Below are positions 35,223 through 37,451 of a stretch of 37,451 nucleotides of DNA, piece after piece. Within the stretch, counting starts at the first letter, position 1. Each line of letters opens with the position of its first letter. Made by a program: the position numbers and the translations under genes. The notes beneath the pieces were generated by a model. The model saw only the letters and a program-made list of their open reading frames with translations, ran no database searches and had not been told where the DNA came from. This stretch comes from a virus (Duplodnaviria; Caudoviricetes): the IMG/VR virus record IMGVR_UViG_3300033076_000893, positions 1-37,451 of that record. One strand, given 5' to 3'.

Positions 35223-35639
35223 ATGGCAACGTACAACAAAATCGCAGGTAGCCGCGAGGCCCTGGTCGAGTCGATCAACGCTGGTTCGGACCAGTGGGCC
35301 ATTGCCCTGTCGAACACCGCTCCATCGGCGACGGCGTTCACGGCTGGCACATCGGACTTGGCGACCGGTGGTGGCTACACCCAGGGCGGGGCGAACGTCT
35401 CGACTACCTCATCTTCAGAAACCGGTGGCACCTACCGCCTGATCTTGGCCGACCCTGCGACCTGGACTGCTTCCGGCGCGAACATCGGCCCGTTCCGATA
35501 CGTGATCTTGGTGGACAAGACTGTGAACCTGATGGTGGGTTACTGGGACTATGGTTCGAGCATCACTCTGCTGTCGGCCAACAGCGACACCTTCACGGCG
35601 GATCTGGACGGTACGAACGGCGTGATCTCGCTCGCATAA
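35223..35639 (+). CDS. Putative virion structural protein
   Basis: Thr/Gly/Ser-rich; WTASG..IGPFRY...YWDYGSSITL; AGGA RBS. Confidence 0.65.
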   Translation: MATYNKIAGSREALVESINAGSDQWAIALSNTAPSATAFTAGTSDLATGGGYTQGGANVSTTSSSETGGTYRLILADPATWTASGANIGPFRYVILVDKTVNLMVGYWDYGSSITLLSANSDTFTADLDGTNGVISLA

Positions 35640-35649
35640 GGGGTAGCGC

Positions 35650-37407
35650 GTGGCCACCCCGACGCTGCTGAGCGTCAGTAACGTCGCGCTCCCAAACACC
35701 GCCGACTCAGGCAACGTATCTGTCACCGCTCCTACGGGGGCGAATGCCTGTGTCATTGGTGGCACGTTCTACGTTGGGGATAACAGCGTTGTCACGAGCC
35801 TGACCGGTTCACAACTGACATCGACCACCAATGGCGCGCTGAAGACTGCTACGCCAAGCGGCGGGAACTACATGAGTTCCTATGCCGGGGCGTTTCAGGT
35901 CACAGCGACTGGATCGCAGACGATCCGCCTCCAAAAGACTGGCGGATATGGTGAGGGTCCAACCTGCCAGATTGCATGGCTGACGGTTGACGATCCGACA
36001 GACTTTGTTCGGACCAGCGGCTTCCTGATTGACACTCAGGCAAGCTCGCCGGATACGCTGTCTGTCGCTTTGGCAAGTGCGACTACAGACTTGGTGCTGG
36101 GGATTTTCGGCACTGATGGCAGCTCTTCGGACCCATCGGCCCCAAGTGGGACGACGCAGCAGGGAACGCTGCAGACCACGCAGTTTGACAAGTCGATCGT
36201 CTTCTCTGTTGACTCGCCGGGGGCGAGTACGACGACGATCACGGTCGGCAGCAGGGCTTACCCGACGCTGATCGGCATTTCGCTGAAAGCAGGGTCAGGC
36301 GGTCCGACAAACTACAGCCTGACCTGCGATGTAGGTAGCTACTCGCTGACAGGAATCGCGGCGCTTCTGCGTCGTGGGTATTCGGTCGTTGCGAACGTCG
36401 GTAGCTACGCGCTGACAGGGCAAGATGCCGCGCTTCGGCGTGGGTATAGCCTGGTTTGCTCGACTGGCTCATATGCGATCACTGGCTACGATGCCACGCT
36501 CACGTATGTGCCGGGTCCTACGGCGTACTCGCTGACCTGTGATGTTGGCTCGTACAGCCTCACCGGTTACGACGCGACCCTGACCTATGGAGCCGGGCCG
36601 ACCAATTACTCGCTGACGTGCGACGTTGGGGCCTACTCCATCACGGGGCATGACGCCACGCTGACCTATTCGGCGGGTGCTGCGAATAATTCACTGTCGT
36701 GTGATGTTGGGGCCTATGTCCTGACAGGCATCGACGCAACCCTGACGTACACGCCTGGGGCTGCGAATTACACGCTGACTTGCGACACGGGTGCTTATGC
36801 GCTTGCCGGCGTTGCAGCGACTCTCTCATTTGGTCGCAGGCTGACAGCAGACACCGGTTCGTATGCGATCACGGGACAGGCGGCAACGCTGGTATATGGC
36901 CGCAGGCTGATCTGCGCAACGGGTGCGTACTCGTTGACTGGTCAGGACGCGACGTTAACGGCGGTCATTTCTGGGCCGATGGCCTATTCGTTGCCGTGCG
37001 ACACGGGGTCGTACTCGCTGTCTGGAGGAGACGCTGGGCTGACCTTTGTCGAGGTCGATGACATCGTCCTTCTCGGCGGTGGTCCAGGCCTGCCAAAGAA
37101 GAAGAAAAAGCGTGTTGTCCGCACTGAGCTGGACAAGGATTCGTACCTCTATCGGCTGCTGTCACCCGAAGTCCGGGCGCAGATCGAACCCGAGGTTGCT
37201 GAGGTCATCGAGGCCAAGGCCGTTGAAGTTGTCGAGCAGAAGGCCAAGCCCTCGCCCAAAGCGGTGCGTGTGGCCCTCGCAGACGAAGGGCTCGCCTACA
37301 GGCAGGCCTACAAGGAAATCTACCTAGAGCTGATCGGAGAAATCCGAAAGGCTCAGGAAGACGAAGAAGAGGAAGAAGAGGCCATTGCGATGGCTTTGAT
37401 CCTCTAA
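35650..37407 (+). CDS. Repeat-containing putative virion protein
   Basis: Beta-rich N-domain, ten 22-28-aa repeats, basic then acidic C-terminus. Confidence 0.7.
   Translation: MATPTLLSVSNVALPNTADSGNVSVTAPTGANACVIGGTFYVGDNSVVTSLTGSQLTSTTNGALKTATPSGGNYMSSYAGAFQVTATGSQTIRLQKTGGYGEGPTCQIAWLTVDDPTDFVRTSGFLIDTQASSPDTLSVALASATTDLVLGIFGTDGSSSDPSAPSGTTQQGTLQTTQFDKSIVFSVDSPGASTTTITVGSRAYPTLIGISLKAGSGGPTNYSLTCDVGSYSLTGIAALLRRGYSVVANVGSYALTGQDAALRRGYSLVCSTGSYAITGYDATLTYVPGPTAYSLTCDVGSYSLTGYDATLTYGAGPTNYSLTCDVGAYSITGHDATLTYSAGAANNSLSCDVGAYVLTGIDATLTYTPGAANYTLTCDTGAYALAGVAATLSFGRRLTADTGSYAITGQAATLVYGRRLICATGAYSLTGQDATLTAVISGPMAYSLPCDTGSYSLSGGDAGLTFVEVDDIVLLGGGPGLPKKKKKRVVRTELDKDSYLYRLLSPEVRAQIEPEVAEVIEAKAVEVVEQKAKPSPKAVRVALADEGLAYRQAYKEIYLELIGEIRKAQEDEEEEEEAIAMALIL
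36313..37047 (+). repeat. Ten degenerate coding tandem repeats
   Basis: Consensus YSLTCDxGsYslTGxdAtL. Confidence 0.85.
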
Positions 37408-37451
37408 GAGACCCGCACCGGTCCGGATTGGCCGGGGTCGAAAGACAACAC

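Noticed and set aside
36313-37047. CRISPR-like array
   Set aside because: Repeats are degenerate, in frame and conserved at protein level; no cas genes.

Overview
The window is an almost complete, circularly permuted genome of a temperate P22-like (podovirus-type) lambdoid phage. It is GC-rich, and a betaproteobacterial host is my inference only. Gene order: head-completion, tail-hub and ejection genes, tail fibre, lysis cassette (two holin-like genes, GH19 endolysin, nested spanins), two reverse-strand moron-like genes, an intact attP with a tRNA-Leu-like 3' end, integrase/xis, a leftward early operon (HAD, Nmad5-like, SSB, ERF), the immunity region (OL, cI, OR, cro, CII-like), replication/nin region, Q-like gene with pR', terminases, portal and putative head-accessory genes. 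Scaffold and major capsid genes are missing and probably lie across the window ends. The two most unusual features are non-coding. One is a ~550-nt hairpin-rich segment between OL and the cI operon, with its own operator-overlapped promoter and a 24-bp closing stem. The other is an ~800-nt structured late leader containing a tRNA-shaped RNA with a 14-bp acceptor-like stem ending in GCCA. All protein calls come from motif and synteny recognition; no searches or folding programs were run.
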